A program made the position numbers and the translations under genes. The notes under the pieces were generated by a model that searched no databases, was not told where the DNA came from, and worked only from the letters and a program-made list of their open reading frames with translations. A stretch of 64,000 bases of DNA, counting the filler, from Basidiobolus ranarum (Eukaryota), in NCBI GenBank assembly GCA_040143965.1. It is 6 parts of 6 records of this genome, joined end to end, with 100 filler letters (N's around TTAATTAATTAA, not from the genome) between each part and the next. Parts side by side here need not be neighbours in the genome. Positions count along the whole stretch, not along the records: positions 10,830 to 21,553 come from JASJQH010000672.1; positions 21,654 to 32,369 come from JASJQH010000673.1; 4 more parts are not named here. The stretch is one strand, 5' to 3'. Of the stretch, positions 13,685 to 27,289 are shown one piece after another; the first letter of the stretch is position 1, and every line of letters begins with the position of its first letter.

Positions 13685-14032
13685 AGTTAAAACTAGCATT
13701 GCCTAAATGCCTTTATAGTTATATAAAGCTTAGTATTTAGTTATGTCATACTTCTCTAAGATATTAGCCCTTATTCTCAATCAGAATTTACTTGGAATAT
13801 TCTTACCAACCTGTGAGTTCTCATATATATAGATTTTGCAAGCTTGTGCTAGAAGCCTCAAACTTAGCACACATGTTTCTGGAATTTTCTTTAACACATT
13901 CTACATGTTAGTTTGCTTGCATCTTGACAATACTATCAATGTCAACTTTCAACTCAATAAATCAATAAGTGAAAACTATCAATTTCTCTAATTCTCCAAA
14001 CCACTTCCAACAGGCTTCTAAGTATTTTAACA
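13685..14032 (+). mobile_element. Solo LTR, family A, with 5-bp TSD ATTTC
   Basis: ATTTC at 13680-13684 and 14033-14037; ends ...TTTTAACA. Confidence 0.9.
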
Positions 14033-14128
14033 ATTTCTTGATAATCTACAAGCTAATGTTTTTATTTGTGAGATTTTGAGTCCTTAAATCAATCATTACT
14101 TAAATAGCCAGATCTCTTATAATAGTCA

Positions 14129-14522
14129 TGTTGAAGTTAGCATTGCCTAACCACCTGTATAGTTTAGTATTTAGTTATCTTATATTTCACTAAGATATTA
14201 CCCATTATTCTCAATCAGAAATTACTTGGAATATTGACAGCAACCTAGAAGTTCTCAGATATAATAATTTTTCTAACTTGTGCTAGAAGCCCCAAACTCT
14301 GCACACATGTTCCTTGAAACCTGTCCAGCAAGCTTTTCAGAACTGTAGCTGTTAGAGTATTTGAGAGCTTGTTGTAAGTGGTTTACCTATATATCTGAGA
14401 ACCTCTAAGTTGGTAGAAATATCTAAGTTCCAATTAAGAATAATAGGTAATATTGTAGTGAGATATATGATAGCTAATTACTAAGCTATATATATGACTA
14501 TATAGCAATGCTAATTTCAGCA
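14129..14522. repeat. Partial LTR-A (+, 14129 to ~14320) and internally deleted inverted LTR-A (14350-14522)
   Basis: Both match LTR-A. The inverted copy is flanked by GTAGC/GTATC (TSD with one mismatch). Confidence 0.8.
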
Positions 14523-14699
14523 GTATCTATGATATCTTGGTAAATAGTAGATACTCCAAAATATTTCATTTCATCCACTAAAATAGTGCCTCTGTAAGAT
14601 AGTGATTTAATGTCTTTTAGCTTTGTTTTTAAGTTAAAGAATTTTCTTCTTACAAACATCCTGTTGGCAGCAGCACATGCTTGGTAGGTAGGGTTAGGG

Positions 14700-15400
14700 T
14701 AAAAGCACTAAATCAGGATATGATATAATGGCAAATGACCATTTGTTCTTGTCTAATATACTTATAACTGCCAATAAGAACTCTCAGACAAGTTATGCTG
14801 ATTTAGGAGCTTCTCAATATCTCACAAATGAAAAACATGAATTTATCCAACATGAAGAAATCTCAATTAGAAGAGTTCTGACGAGAGATCATCATATCTT
14901 GGATGTCAATGGTGTAGAAATAATTCAGGTGAATTTGAGTGAAGCTTCTGAAGTGGAAGTATAGACTTTTGACAATACACTATATGTTTTCTATAGACAA
15001 TAACTTACAAGCTATAAGTAATGCCATCTCTGAAGGATTATTTTGCTAATTTAGGGTGTATTTTCTCTAAGCATAATGGAAATTATTTATTTTCCGGAGA
15101 TCAAGATCAACATTTAGAAACTGAAAGTAATATAGCTTAAGCATCTATACAGTCATAGAGCTAGCCATTAAAATCTGACTATCTTATTATTTAATATCTT
15201 CACTTGGATTTTGCACGGATAATTTCTTACAAACTTAAGAGTTCTTGGATTATATGCATTTCTTAAACTTGCCCACAAGACCCAAGACTTTGTACACTTG
15301 TTCATAGGACCTTACTGGTAATATTCTATATCTTAGTTGATCTACTTCTTGACAAAAGTGTAAATGTCAACTTGCACTCAAGAAATTTAGTACTCAAATA
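14700..15400 (+). mobile_element. Degenerate Copia protease fragment plus decayed LTR-A (~15230-15400)
   Basis: SYADLGASQYLT resembles the Copia protease motif WxxDSGASxHMT; the downstream sequence resembles LTR-A. Confidence 0.65.
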
Positions 15401-15619
15401 CACAAAACAGAGTATTTCAGAGTCTAGACCACTCACTGTCAGACAAGCCCTCTGTGAAATGTCTGCTACTATATGCTGGCTCATTCCAAAAGTTCATATA
15501 TGCGCATTTTCTGGACTGTAAGACATAATAACTTGCTATTATTTTAAATCAGTGCTTTAATCACATTTAGCTTTAGTACATTAATAGGAATAATTTTTAT
15601 GCAGCCTAAATATGTGTTT

Positions 15620-16980
15620 TATTTTCTAACTGAAGCTCCCTCTGGTCGTGAGATTCAGATGTTCAGATATTTGAAGGATATAAACTTCTAAGGTTCAAAG
15701 CGAGATAGCCAAGAAAGAATACACACCATTTGCTTTTCATGTATACCTCTAGCACATTTGTCTTCAAGCAATGATGAACTCCACAATCATGTGCTCTTCC
15801 TATTACTATACCAAGTCAGATGACATATTACTTCCGGCCATTCAAAGTATCTCGAGATGATGACAAGTAGTTGCTGGGCCTCTCTTATTAGTAAGACAAT
15901 GAGTATATCCTAAAGTGAATATTTCAATGAGACGAATGAAGTCATCAACTCTTTGTTTATATTCCGAATGATGTAAAGGAAGTACAAATTCAGCAATGTT
16001 AAAGTGAACCCGGTGTTATTGAAGGATTTCCGATTTTGACTACCACTCTATATTGTTATCCTCCAATATGCACTTATCCCAAATAATTGTGTCCAAATGG
16101 GGTGAGGAGGTCAATTTATATTATTGATGAATCCCATCAAAATATGAACACAGTTAAAATCACTGGAAACGTTCCAGATTTCTTAAATCTCGTGAACCGT
16201 TGCCATTTACACATATTCCCTCCAACTGCAGTAGTTTATGATGTTTATTTCCATATATATTGATGGAGTGCCATGAAGGATAGATGATAGTATTGCCTAA
16301 ATGTGGAATAGAGGCCTTATTGGGCTTCTCAGTAGTCACAATTTCTCCGCAGTTTAGTATAATCCCGATTAAGCAATCGTTGTTAAAGGTGTTTTCACAT
16401 GAGTGATGTTGGTGTCTCATTAGTTACTGATGTGCTATTAAATGGAATATTACATACATGGATCTTATCCAATATACATGCGAATACTTTATCGATCTTG
16501 TCTAAATGAATACATAGAAATAGATATTCATTTGGCCATAATAAGAGACGAAACAATAGTAATGCATAACAACACACTTGCAATCTCACTTCAACCTTGG
16601 CTACCCCAAGCGATTTTACGTCAAATGAAAGGTCTTCGTGAGGATCGATAAAACACAAAGTAGCTTGGGCTCATGGTGAAAATACTGAATTCGTCACCTT
16701 CGTTTTTAGACACTAGACCATTTTAAAAGATATATTGATAACTGAAAACTAGCGAGGATATGGCGAGTGTAGCGAATGGCTATAAAAGAAATTTTACAAT
16801 GGCAAACGGTGTGATGATATCGCTAGATGACAAAGGGAGGAGTGAATATCTGCATGAGGCGAGTATATATATTTGAACTACAAAGATTAGGAGAAGGGAA
16901 TACGGCAGAATCGTTAGGATGTCTGTATAGGTACAAAAAACACATGTCTCCAAAGGAATGATCCGGTTTTCGGTCAACAA
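15620..16980 (-). pseudogene. Probable decayed F-box/WD40 gene
   Basis: TDILTILPYSLLLIF (F-box-like start, ~16930) and EIWNVSSDFNCVHILMG (WD40-like, ~16130-16185), separated by multiple stops and frameshifts. Confidence 0.35.
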
Positions 16981-17099
16981 AAAGAGGAAACTGAGTTTTA
17001 CTAGAAATGGTGGAATAACGTGGCCATAAGAAATGGATAGAATCCACTTTAAACGCCATTATTGCAAACGAAATAAAGGTGACAATTAGTGGAATTTGA

Positions 17100-20000
17100 T
17101 CAGGCATCAAGGCGATGATTAATTAGCTCAGCCCATTGCTTTAACTTGTATACGAAAAGGTTATGTAAGTGACATGTTAATGATCGAGTTGTTCAAGATA
17201 AACCATACCAATTCTGATGATCCCGTAAAATACAAGATTGTTTGATTATCTACCAGACGCATAGCTGAAAGCAAACCGAAATTAAGTTTAAACTCGTTGA
17301 AATGTGATTGCAACAAATAGTAGTACTTACTATTAGACTGAACCATGGTGGCTGGTTTAGAGCGCGAAGAGAGTTGCAGTATTCGAAGTTTACGGTACTC
17401 CTTATTTGATGGCTTACACTAAACCAATAAATGTAAGTTTCACCTACACTTTACAGCGACTTTAAGAATAGAGGCCACTTAGTACTTACTTTGATCATAA
17501 TGTCATTGAACAAGTAAAACATGAAGTCCGTATCAATAACCATTTCATGTAAATATGTACAATCCCTGGTTTTTTGGGTTTTCGGATCCTTCACTTGGGC
17601 ATTGAAAGTTCGGACAATCTTATGAAGATGTAGGATACCCTCATGTATATAACGTCGCTGCGGTTGAACTAGGGGAATCTCTGAGGCCCCTTTGATTTTG
17701 GCTTGGATTGATATCACGCGGTGCTTGCGTTCATGTTCCCGCTTACGCTCATTAATTTCTTGCGCTCGCGTAGATATTTGCTCTAATGCTAGTCTCAAAT
17801 CTTCGATATCCGGATGATCCGGAAGGGTATTAGCAAGAAGATCCTGAAATAAAAAATCATCAATACAGGTAGAGACCATATGATACAAGCAGGTTGGCAT
17901 TCCAGAGGAGAGTATATTGCAAAGAGTCTTGAACAGAAAGTTATCTTACCCGAAGGAGCATCTTGTATCGAGGAATTCTTTGAACTGGTAGCAAAAGGTA
18001 TCCTTGAAGATTCAACTGATTGTGGCTAGGGTTCTTTAATGCCGACTAGAACGTAGAAAAAGATCAGTACGTTGATATGAATCAAGCCCAACATACTTTC
18101 TGAAATAACCTTCAAATAGGCACCAGTCCTCTTAGGATGTTTGGCAATTAGAGATTGCAGTTCAGATAAAGCATAATCGTAATTGTTGATATATACTGAA
18201 TACATCTTGATATAAGGATTCTAAATATATACCCAAGATGAGTTAACTGATTTAGATCACAGAGAATATAATGCAATGGGAAACCCTACGTGTTTGGCAA
18301 ACACCCGGCCAATACATTGACCCTCTTCATTTATACATGCCCTGAGAGCAGGCAAGAGATGGTCGCGATGAAATAGAAGGATACTTTCAACGTTTGAAAA
18401 AATCGCTTTGCTTTTTCTCGGACTCATGACTTTGTTCGCTTCAGCGGGAAATAGGTAAATCTAGTAAAAAGGGGTCAGACTACTTGTTTAATATATGGAA
18501 AGTATACTCTGTACTTACTTGAACCAAGTTTTCAAGTGAGGACACATATGTTTCTTCAGTAGCTATGATCTCGTTGATGACATTGTTTCGCTGGTCCAAT
18601 ACACCATACATGGAAAGATGAACTATCAAAACTATTTAAGAAAAGATCTTAAATTCAACAGCAATATTGTCTAGTCATACCTGCTTTTCGTAATATCTGC
18701 TCATTCTCCGAGTCATGAATGTTGGGTGTTTCATTGTTCCCACGATGTTGAATACCAACCTTAAGTAAGTCATGTTCATTAGTGTCCGGATCCAGATCGT
18801 ATAAATCGCGCAACTTATTTAGGAAGGCTCTCAATGCAACTGGTGAAGCCGTAGAGCTTACATCGCCAGAGCCCCAGCTACCTGGCCGAAAGAATAGCGT
18901 AGAGTTTGAATAAGTCGAGTACGCGGAGCTACTAAGTGAATCAAATCTAGTTGAGTTACTAAAGCTCCACAGTGATCCATTTTGGCAATCTATACTATTG
19001 CGTCGAGTACTGGGGCATTCACTTTCGATTTCAAATGAAGCTTTTTTAGGACTCTGAAGTAAGTTAGGAGAAGAAAAACGTGGGCGAAGTGTGCGCCCAA
19101 ACAGAGCTTTGAGGTGAGGTCCTTTAGAGGAATTTGTAACAGACTCCGTAGTATCATTTTCATTCTCGAAAATCTTATCTACTGTAATCTTTGAATCTAC
19201 ATCCGAGCTTTCACGACTCTTGAATGGGTTCAAGGATTTGAATTTAGATCCTTTAGTAGTTTCTTCTTTCGAGGTCTCTGAATGTTTTTGTGTGTTGTCC
19301 TTTAAAGACAGATTGGGTATTTGGTTATAAGAGAGTTCCATATCAATTTCGTCCTTCAACTTCATATCAAACAGTGGCTGGTGATGCTGCGCAAGATTAT
19401 TGTGAAGATGCAACATTGGTGGACTGATCTTTCTCTCCTTACGCCTCATCCCATCATTATCAAGTAGTGTAACTACTGCTGGCTTACGACTCAAGCCAAA
19501 GCGTCTTAATGAGAAAGTCTTATACACAGGATCATCAGCATACCCTACTAGCTCACCATTCTTCTTACTTAAGGATGGATTTTTATCTCGTTGTGTTTTA
19601 AAGACTTTGATGAAGCTTCGCTTTCCCCGAAAAGGTGTGGATAGGATCGGCACAACAAGGTCGCTAAACGGATAAATAAAAGGATTTCCGTCCACTAGAA
19701 ATGAAGTCAGGTTTGCTGACAATAAACCTAGAGAACATGGAATATCAACAAGTTGGTTGTTACGAATATCCAAGTGGTAGAGAGATATAAATCTACAAAT
19801 AGAAGGATCTATTCATTTTGTTGAAGCAGGTCAGTGTCGCTGGCTAAAGTCCAAAATGTAACATTATGTGGAAATATACCTATTTGTTTGATCCTATTGT
19901 CAGATATATCTAAGATCTCCAAGTTTTCCAAGTTATAGATTGTTGGCGGCAGAACCTCAATGTCATTACTTCTAAGGTAGAGTTCCTTCAAAGTTTTGAC

Positions 20001-20621
20001 TTGGCCAATATCCGGCGGCAGTTCAACAATCAGATTGAAAGACAAATCCAGCACAACTAGATGCGGCAGATTCCAGAACGTACAAAGAGGGAACCAGTTG
20101 ATATTGTTTTGTGTGAGTACCAGATGCGTGACATCTACATGAATTGGAGTATGCAAATTTGTTAGACGAGCTCGATGAGAATATCAAAAATAAGGCACCT
20201 CACCACTCTGTGTTTCCGGGAACTTTTCCAACCCTTTCATGGATAAGTCTAAGAAAATATTTTCGCTTTCCTCTAGTCGGCTCGAGTCATCGTCAGAAAG
20301 TGAAAACGAAGCTATTGAAACTAGAGAAGTTTCGGAGCCCCGGTGGGTCAACTTTGGACCTGATTGGATTTTCTGCTTGATAAACCGAGATAGTCGGTTG
20401 ATAGGATATTTTGGCACATGAAGAGCATGATACCTAGAAAGCCCTTTGCTATGTGATTTTTTATTAGGCTCCAGTACGCCATCTAGATCAACAACTGAAT
20501 CTCTTATTTCTCTTCCCTCAGGGGTTTCCACAATATATTCAAAACTCGGATGTAGCCTATTTTTGTCCAAAGGTCTGGGCATGTTTAAAGACCGTTGATT
20601 CGTATTGAAAAGAACAGTCAT
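17100..20621 (-). CDS. LRR + RhoGEF (DH) + PH domain protein (multi-exon)
   Basis: LRRs (LVVLDLSFNLIVELPPDIGQ, LKELYLRSNDIEVLP). DH motifs RNNVINEIIATEETYVSSL, LLPVQRIPRYKMLL and NTLPDHPD. PH-like tail ending LKQWAELINHRLDA*. Confidence 0.9.
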
Positions 20622-21653
20622 GTAGAAGAGAAAAACAGAAGTTACTTGGCAATGTCAGTGGTATAAGCCTGTATAAACAATAACAAAAGTGTATGCGATA
20701 TTAAAGAAAAGACTCAAAGGAACAAGATATTAGCAATAAATGACAGTATTGAATTCGTATACACGTAAGCAAAAGATAACTAAAATAGAACCGAACAACG
20801 TCAAGCTGCTTATACGGAGAATATCAGGAGAGACAAAAGACAGTCTAAAGCGCAATATAAAGAAGAGGTGAAGACAAAGTCAGAGTAAAATATAGAGAAA
20901 TAATCGAGGGGGATCTGTTATCGACCTAGATAAAAACTGGGCCAGTCCCTACCACAAATCAAAATCAGGCTTGGTTTACAAGTTTACGACATGCTCAATA
21001 CCAAAATAATATCTTCGAGAGTTACAATCTGAATTCAAAATATCAGGGATTACACTGTAAGCAGGTCATCTCCAAAGCCTGTTTGTGATGAAACCAAAAA
21101 ACATTGAGCGATGATTGGCCTGCCACTAATTCATGCCCATAAAAATGCCGTACTATAAACAAGAATCACCATGTCCCAATAATTGGGTTCCTATTATATA
21201 GCGCACGATTTACTAAATCAATCACGCATACATGCACCCACTGCAAATTATTTATCAAATGAATTGCTTTGCAAATCAAAGATCCAATGCAGCACCCAAC
21301 CCTTGGACAACCTTTTTTGGAACTTTCAATCAATTAGATGGTAGATTCATTTGCAGGATACACTCGGAGAGCTCCTCCTACCTCTTTTGGCACTTCAAAA
21401 GTTCAGCAGTACACCTTGTTGCCCCAGTTTGAGACTGATGGAACCTGGCGTAATCCATTAATATGGCTTTGGTTATAACTCAAGGGGATGAAGATATTCA
21501 AGTACTTAATAAGATCAAAGACACTTTAGGATTTGGAAAAGTGATTATACAAGNNNNNNNNNNNNNNNNNNNNNNNNNNNNNNNNNNNNNNNNNNNNTTA
21601 ATTAATTAANNNNNNNNNNNNNNNNNNNNNNNNNNNNNNNNNNNNNNNNNNNN

Positions 21654-21765
21654 GATAACAAAAAGGTGGATACACTTCCCTGCCGCCAAAAATCCCCGAA
21701 TCCGGCCGTTCGAAATGTATAGCCTCAAGACCCAAAATTAAGCAAAGTAAGAGAAGGATTTGCAT
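21654..21765 (-). CDS. 5' end of a secreted trypsin-like (S1) serine protease, truncated by linker
   Basis: MQILLLLCLILGLEA (signal peptide), short pro-segment, then IFGGREVYPPFCY, resembling the IVGG mature N-terminus of S1 proteases. Confidence 0.6.
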
Positions 21766-22863
21766 TTCGATGGCCCTCGACGGTTAGAGATGATACTTTG
21801 GCTTGACTGGTGGGGGAAACTCCCTAGATATAGATGTTTTGTTTGGAATATATGCTGCAACTCTAAATTGTAAATCATACAATGTGCGTATATAATTACG
21901 AAGTATAATTGATCACACCACCTCTACATAATTCTCCGCACGCTTACTAGTAATGGTGATATGATGTAAGAATGAGCACCCTAGGTTTATGCTTTCATCC
22001 ATAGACTAAGCAATAGAGATAGCATGGTAGGCTTATGTATCAATCCGAAGATAATAGTACGAATATTGATAATGATCAACACAATAATAATCATGTGTGC
22101 ACTGAATCTGAACAGTGCTCATAAATATATTCAGGCTAAAGCTAAAGCCGTGTACTTGATTTAACTGCTTTGACCAGCTGCAAACACAAGACCAATGCTT
22201 AGGTTCAGAGCATTTCCTAAACCTTGCCAATATTCATAAGACGATCTTAGCCACATACATTCTTTGTTTGCATACTTCTGAACATGGTGTGAATCTCCGA
22301 TGTATTCATTGTTTTAAAGCTAGTTAAAAGTGTCTATGAATTGGCAAAAAAAATAACAAAGATTCAATACAACTTGACAGTGAGCTGCTACGTTTCAAAG
22401 ATACCTTTATAATGGTTTAGAATTAGACAAGCTTTAAATGACTGATATCTTTGAATTGTAATATGCTTATCACGAAAATCAGCTCTGGAGCTATCTACTA
22501 CAAAATTTAGACACGATAGAGATCAGTTGTTTACCAGACAATCCTCTAAAGGACTAGAACTACTCTTCGCCTAATTTAGTAATCACACATAGGCGTAATA
22601 TCTAATTCCATTGAAGCTGAATAATGTTGATACTTTGCACACTAAGTTGAAATCACGAACTGATGTAGAGTCAGTAAAGCATTTACAGGGTACAAACTGG
22701 TAGAGAGTTAGTAAAGCATTTACAAAGTAGATGCTTTATTGCTTAATTAATGACGGTATAATCTACCTCTCGTAAGTATGTGTAGATCTGTGGATAATGT
22801 AGAGCTATGTTAGGAAAGAGATCCATAGTAATACTTGAATCGTGCGTACCTTTAGTAGTTATT

Positions 22864-23184
22864 TTATTTACCAGCCTCTTTAGCTTCTAGAGCCTTTTGC
22901 TGCTTTTGACGCATGATTTCAGCATCACTAAAACAAGATGTGTTATTTCGCATGTCAACAACTAAGAGCAGTTAGAATGGTGCTAGATAATACTAAATAC
23001 TGACCTTTCAGCTCTCTTCTTGAAGCTACTGTCTTTGTTGCCTTTATTGGCTTTAGCCAATTTTTTAGCGGCTCTTTCTCTATCTTTTTCACGTTGATTA
23101 CCCCCTAAACATAAAGTGGCAAACTGATGTCTAAGTAAAAATAGGAAGTATACAGACAAGATGTATATAAAGCTTACGAGTCAT
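22864..23184 (-). CDS. Small EDRK-rich factor (SERF/4F5 family), 3 exons
   Basis: Spliced MTRGNQREKDRERAAKK...DAEIMRQKQQKALEAKEAGK*. Confidence 0.92.
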
Positions 23185-23800
23185 GTTGATTACGGTCTAA
23201 AACACAAAGAGAGTGAGAAGCCCACAAGAGCATTTTTAAACCCACTCAGCACTTCAAAAAAAAAATTAATCCTTCTAGAATATGAAGCTAATTACCGGAA
23301 ATCGTACATTCTCAAATTATAAGACACCTAGAACTGGATCATTTAAGACCAATAAAAATCGCTCACTAGAATATTCTTAAAAGTACATTGTTATTTTGAT
23401 CTGATCAACAAAGGGTACAGGGAGTAACTGCATTTGTAAATCTTGTTCTGTTATCAACCGTCTGATTGGTGAATGTTCAATTGGAAAGCTAAAAATAAAA
23501 TCCTTCCATGTGCTCGCTCAAGATATCTATTGTTCATCAAGTACAAGTGGACTGGCGGTTACTTGCTTTATACATTTCATTTATGCATCCATACTTCTTA
23601 GCTATATTCATTGTACAGATTTTGTGCCGGGAATTTAAGAGTAATTATTGAAAAATCGGTTATCGGCTAATTATAGTTTGGACCGAAAGAATCAACTATT
23701 ATGTTGGTTATCGTAGAATCGATTCCACATGGTATCACGTGATATAGGGGAGAGTGAATTCTAGGACACCTGGAAAGCGAACTACAAACGTATCCTCAAC

Positions 23801-24371
23801 ATGATATTTTCATTATACGTTATCAATAAAGCAGGAGGTCTGATTTACCAACGAGATTTCGTGGAGGGCTTAAATAGACTTACTAGTAACGAATATTTGG
23901 TTCTTGCCGGCACCTTTCATGGGTAAGAATTTGAGTGATTACTGTCACCCTCAAGTTCTACTGAGAACGTTATTTTATTCAAGATGACCAATATTGATGA
24001 TAATTATTATGTAGGGTTCATGCCATTACCTCCAAAATATCCCCCACCTCTACTTCTTCCGGTGTTGAAATCATCGAAACTGATACATTTAGACTGCAAT
24101 GCTTTCAAACCTTAACAGGTATTGTTAAACAACCAATTCTGTCTCAAAGATCAGATATTCATCAACATATTTTGCATACCCGCTTATCGTAGGAACGAAA
24201 TTTATCGTACTATCTGAACCACTTCACCCCAATCTGGATATGGTATTGAAGCGAGTATATAAAATATACGCAGATTACGTTATGAAAAACCCTTTCTACA
24301 ATCCCGAGATGCCCATCCGCTGTGAACTTTTTGACCTACATCTAGGGAAGCTTATGAAAACACTGGGATAG
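23801..24371 (+). CDS. TRS23: TRAPP complex subunit Trs23/TRAPPC4 (sybindin family), 3 exons
   Basis: [48 protein letters not shown] and [23 protein letters not shown]. Confidence 0.95.
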
Positions 24372-24906
24372 TATGCTAATGGAAACAAGATTATGCGAAG
24401 TATGATAATCATACATATACTAACAGTGAATTACGCACACACTTTCGTAACAGCATTGAAGTTGGTCAAAAGATGGTAGAACCTTAAACTGTATGTAAAT
24501 AAATTTCTGGTTCATGAAAAGGTGCTTTTTAATAGTATTATTGAACTTACATCTATCGACCGCTCTATAATAACAAATGGTTGAATACACTGTACATTGT
24601 AGTAGTGGAAATACCTACTAGTGATACATTCTCTCGTTCAGCAGATCAAGCTAGTCTTGGCCATAGAACTCACCTTCTATGCTGTATATCATTCCTAATA
24701 TGATTATAGTAGAGAGTGAGTACTAACTCATTCTTTTACAAGTATTGTTTGAAAATCTAATAGGTTTCTGATAACAATATGCTGTAAATATATTATTCAG
24801 TTTCTATCATACAAAAGACATTTTTTGATAACTTTCTATGTCAAAAATCTGAATTCTACCTATAATAGAGTTGTTCCCGTTTATTGTGCTAGATAGTGCT
24901 TTGTAG

Positions 24907-25495
24907 TGTTGAATCACCCACTGTTCTCATGATGAATTTACTTAGAAGTTCTCAGATATATAGATTTTTCAAATTTGCGCTAGAAGCCCAAGGCTTTGCA
25001 CACATGTTCCTGGGACCTTCCTTACCATATTATAAACGTCTGTTTGTTTACATATTTACAAAGCTATAAATGTCAACTTTCAACTCAATAAATTAACAAG
25101 TAAAAACCACCAATTCTTCTAGTTCTCCAAACCACTTCCAACAAACTCCCAAAATACTTCAACATATAGCACTCTGTTGAAATTAGCATTACCTAAACAC
25201 CTATATAGTCATATATAGCTTAGCAATTAGTTATTCTACATTCCACCAAGATATCACCCATTATTCTCAATTGGAATTTACTTAGAAGTTCTCATATATA
25301 TAGGTTTGCAAACTTGTACTAGAAGCTCTAAACTTTGCACACATGTTTCTGGGATCTTTCTTAACATATTCTACACGATAGTTGGTTTACATCTTGACAA
25401 AACTATAAATGTTAGCTTACAACTCAATAAGTGAAAACCACCAATTTCTCTATTTCTCCAAACCACTTCCAATAGGCTCCCAAAATACTTTAACA
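24907..25495 (+). mobile_element. Two adjacent solo LTR-A copies (24907-25164 and 25175-25495)
   Basis: Both have TGTTGA...AACA ends. Flanks are TGTAG/TATAG and CACTC/CTCTC (near-perfect 5-bp TSDs). Confidence 0.88.
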
Positions 25496-25829
25496 CTCTC
25501 TAGCAAAATCAATTTAATGTTCAGCTAAGACCTAATAACCTCTGATAAACAAATATATTATCCTTAACAATCATCAACTTATGCCACTGTGAAGGAAAGT
25601 GTTCCATTGAGTTGTCATGGTAACTTCTAGGCTTTGAAATTCTTCATTAATAGTAAATGGAGCTTAGACATATGAGTGTATCTGCTTACTCATGAGAAAC
25701 CAACTTGGTGCTCGATCTGAGGAGTGCCTCTGGATGTGACAATGTCAAAGATATATAGAAGAAACATCATATTTGCTGAAATACGCACCAAACATAAATT
25801 CGCAGATTTCTATTATTACATTGATAGCT

Positions 25830-27289
25830 AGGCGATTTCCATAGTGAGCGCTGTCTCACATGAGATGCAGCTTAACTACCATTCGGTTCGTGATTTCCAA
25901 GTTCAGATTTGAATAAGCAAAAGGAATGAAAGATCTTGATGCACAACATCTCATCCAAGAAATATCAGTTAATCATTCCCAGAACACTTACCTAAACCAT
26001 CACTGCCGTTGACATAATACGTCTCCCTAAATAGGTTTACATATTTGGGTCAGATTTGTAAAATCCAAATCGAATCATCCCAATCTACCCTTCCACGGTT
26101 GATTTTCCCAGAGTTCCATAACAGTGACACGAAAGTTTCCCCAACAATGTGAATAACCAACATCCAAGGATTTCATTAGTCCTGATTCCTGTTTAATCCT
26201 ACCGCTTTCCCTACTGTCGGTCATCAGATGTAGGTAGACTAGATGAGTTGAGGATCGGACCAATTGTTCCTATGATATCATTGAATCTTGTAGCCACCAC
26301 ATTTAGTAGGATTAACATGTTGTCAGTTGGTGGATTTTGTCTGTACCAACAAGCTGTGCGACGAACACTGGATCCATGTGAAAATTTTTATTTCAACCAA
26401 GAAAAGGCCACTTAGTGCAATTCGTTTTGGGCATGCGATAGATGCATCAGATTAGCAAAGATCTGTTGGGTTCATAGGAAAGAGAAGATACGAACTAAGA
26501 CATAGATGGGTGAGAGGATATCCACAAATCGTCAATATGGATTGACTTCTTTTTCTTGTTAAATAGACCTGTCTAAGTTCTGTCAAACATTTGGCACTAT
26601 GTATGCCAACCTCAAGACCCCTACCATAATAAAATATATTGAAAAAGCTAAACCCGGATGAAGGATTCATAACCATAGATGTATATGTCCCTTCAATCCC
26701 ATAAATTCGCAGCTGTCTAGAAGCATAATACATGAAGAGGCGCAGAAGTAAATATGCCAAGGAGCCAATGCTTTTCTCAAGCGTATATCGATTGTAAATG
26801 TCTCTCTGGATTGAATTTTAGTGTCGGAAACCTCTGTACCAATAATATCTTCACACGTTCTGTTCGACTCAGACAACTGAATGAAGTCCTTGTTCAGGTA
26901 AAGCTAGTCGGATTCTAAAGATACAAAAACTGGCGCGATACATTTCCCAAAAGTGTGTAAAAACGGAATAATAGTACTTGTTCCGAATAGCACTGGTCTA
27001 TTCTTGGGCGTAGCATTGATCCAATAACCGCTTTCAGCATAAGCAGTTCTAATGGCAGATTCGATGTGACTTTCGTGACCCTTGGCTAAAGTTATCTTCA
27101 CGAACTGAGTAATTAAATTTCTGACAGAATCCACTGGGAAGAGGATGGCAAGGAAGTAATCATTGGTTAAACCCAGGTAGTTATGTTGCTATGTATCATT
27201 TGTATTCTTCGTAATGCTAGATTCCCCAGAAAATATACTCCTACTGAGAGGAAGGCCTCTTTCAACATAGTATCTGCTTGTGGATCCAT
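25830..27289 (-). pseudogene. Probable decayed multi-exon gene of unrecognised family
   Basis: ATG at 27289 and plausible GT-AG introns give MDPQADTMLKEAFLSQHNYLGLTNDYF...; the downstream frame IRLALPEQGLHSVV*VEQNV*RYYWYRGFRH* contains in-frame stops. Confidence 0.4.

Noticed and set aside
26840-26880. In-frame TGA codons as possible selenocysteine
   Set aside because: The same frame also has a TAA, and no redox motif or SECIS-like hairpin was seen; pseudogenisation is the simpler explanation.
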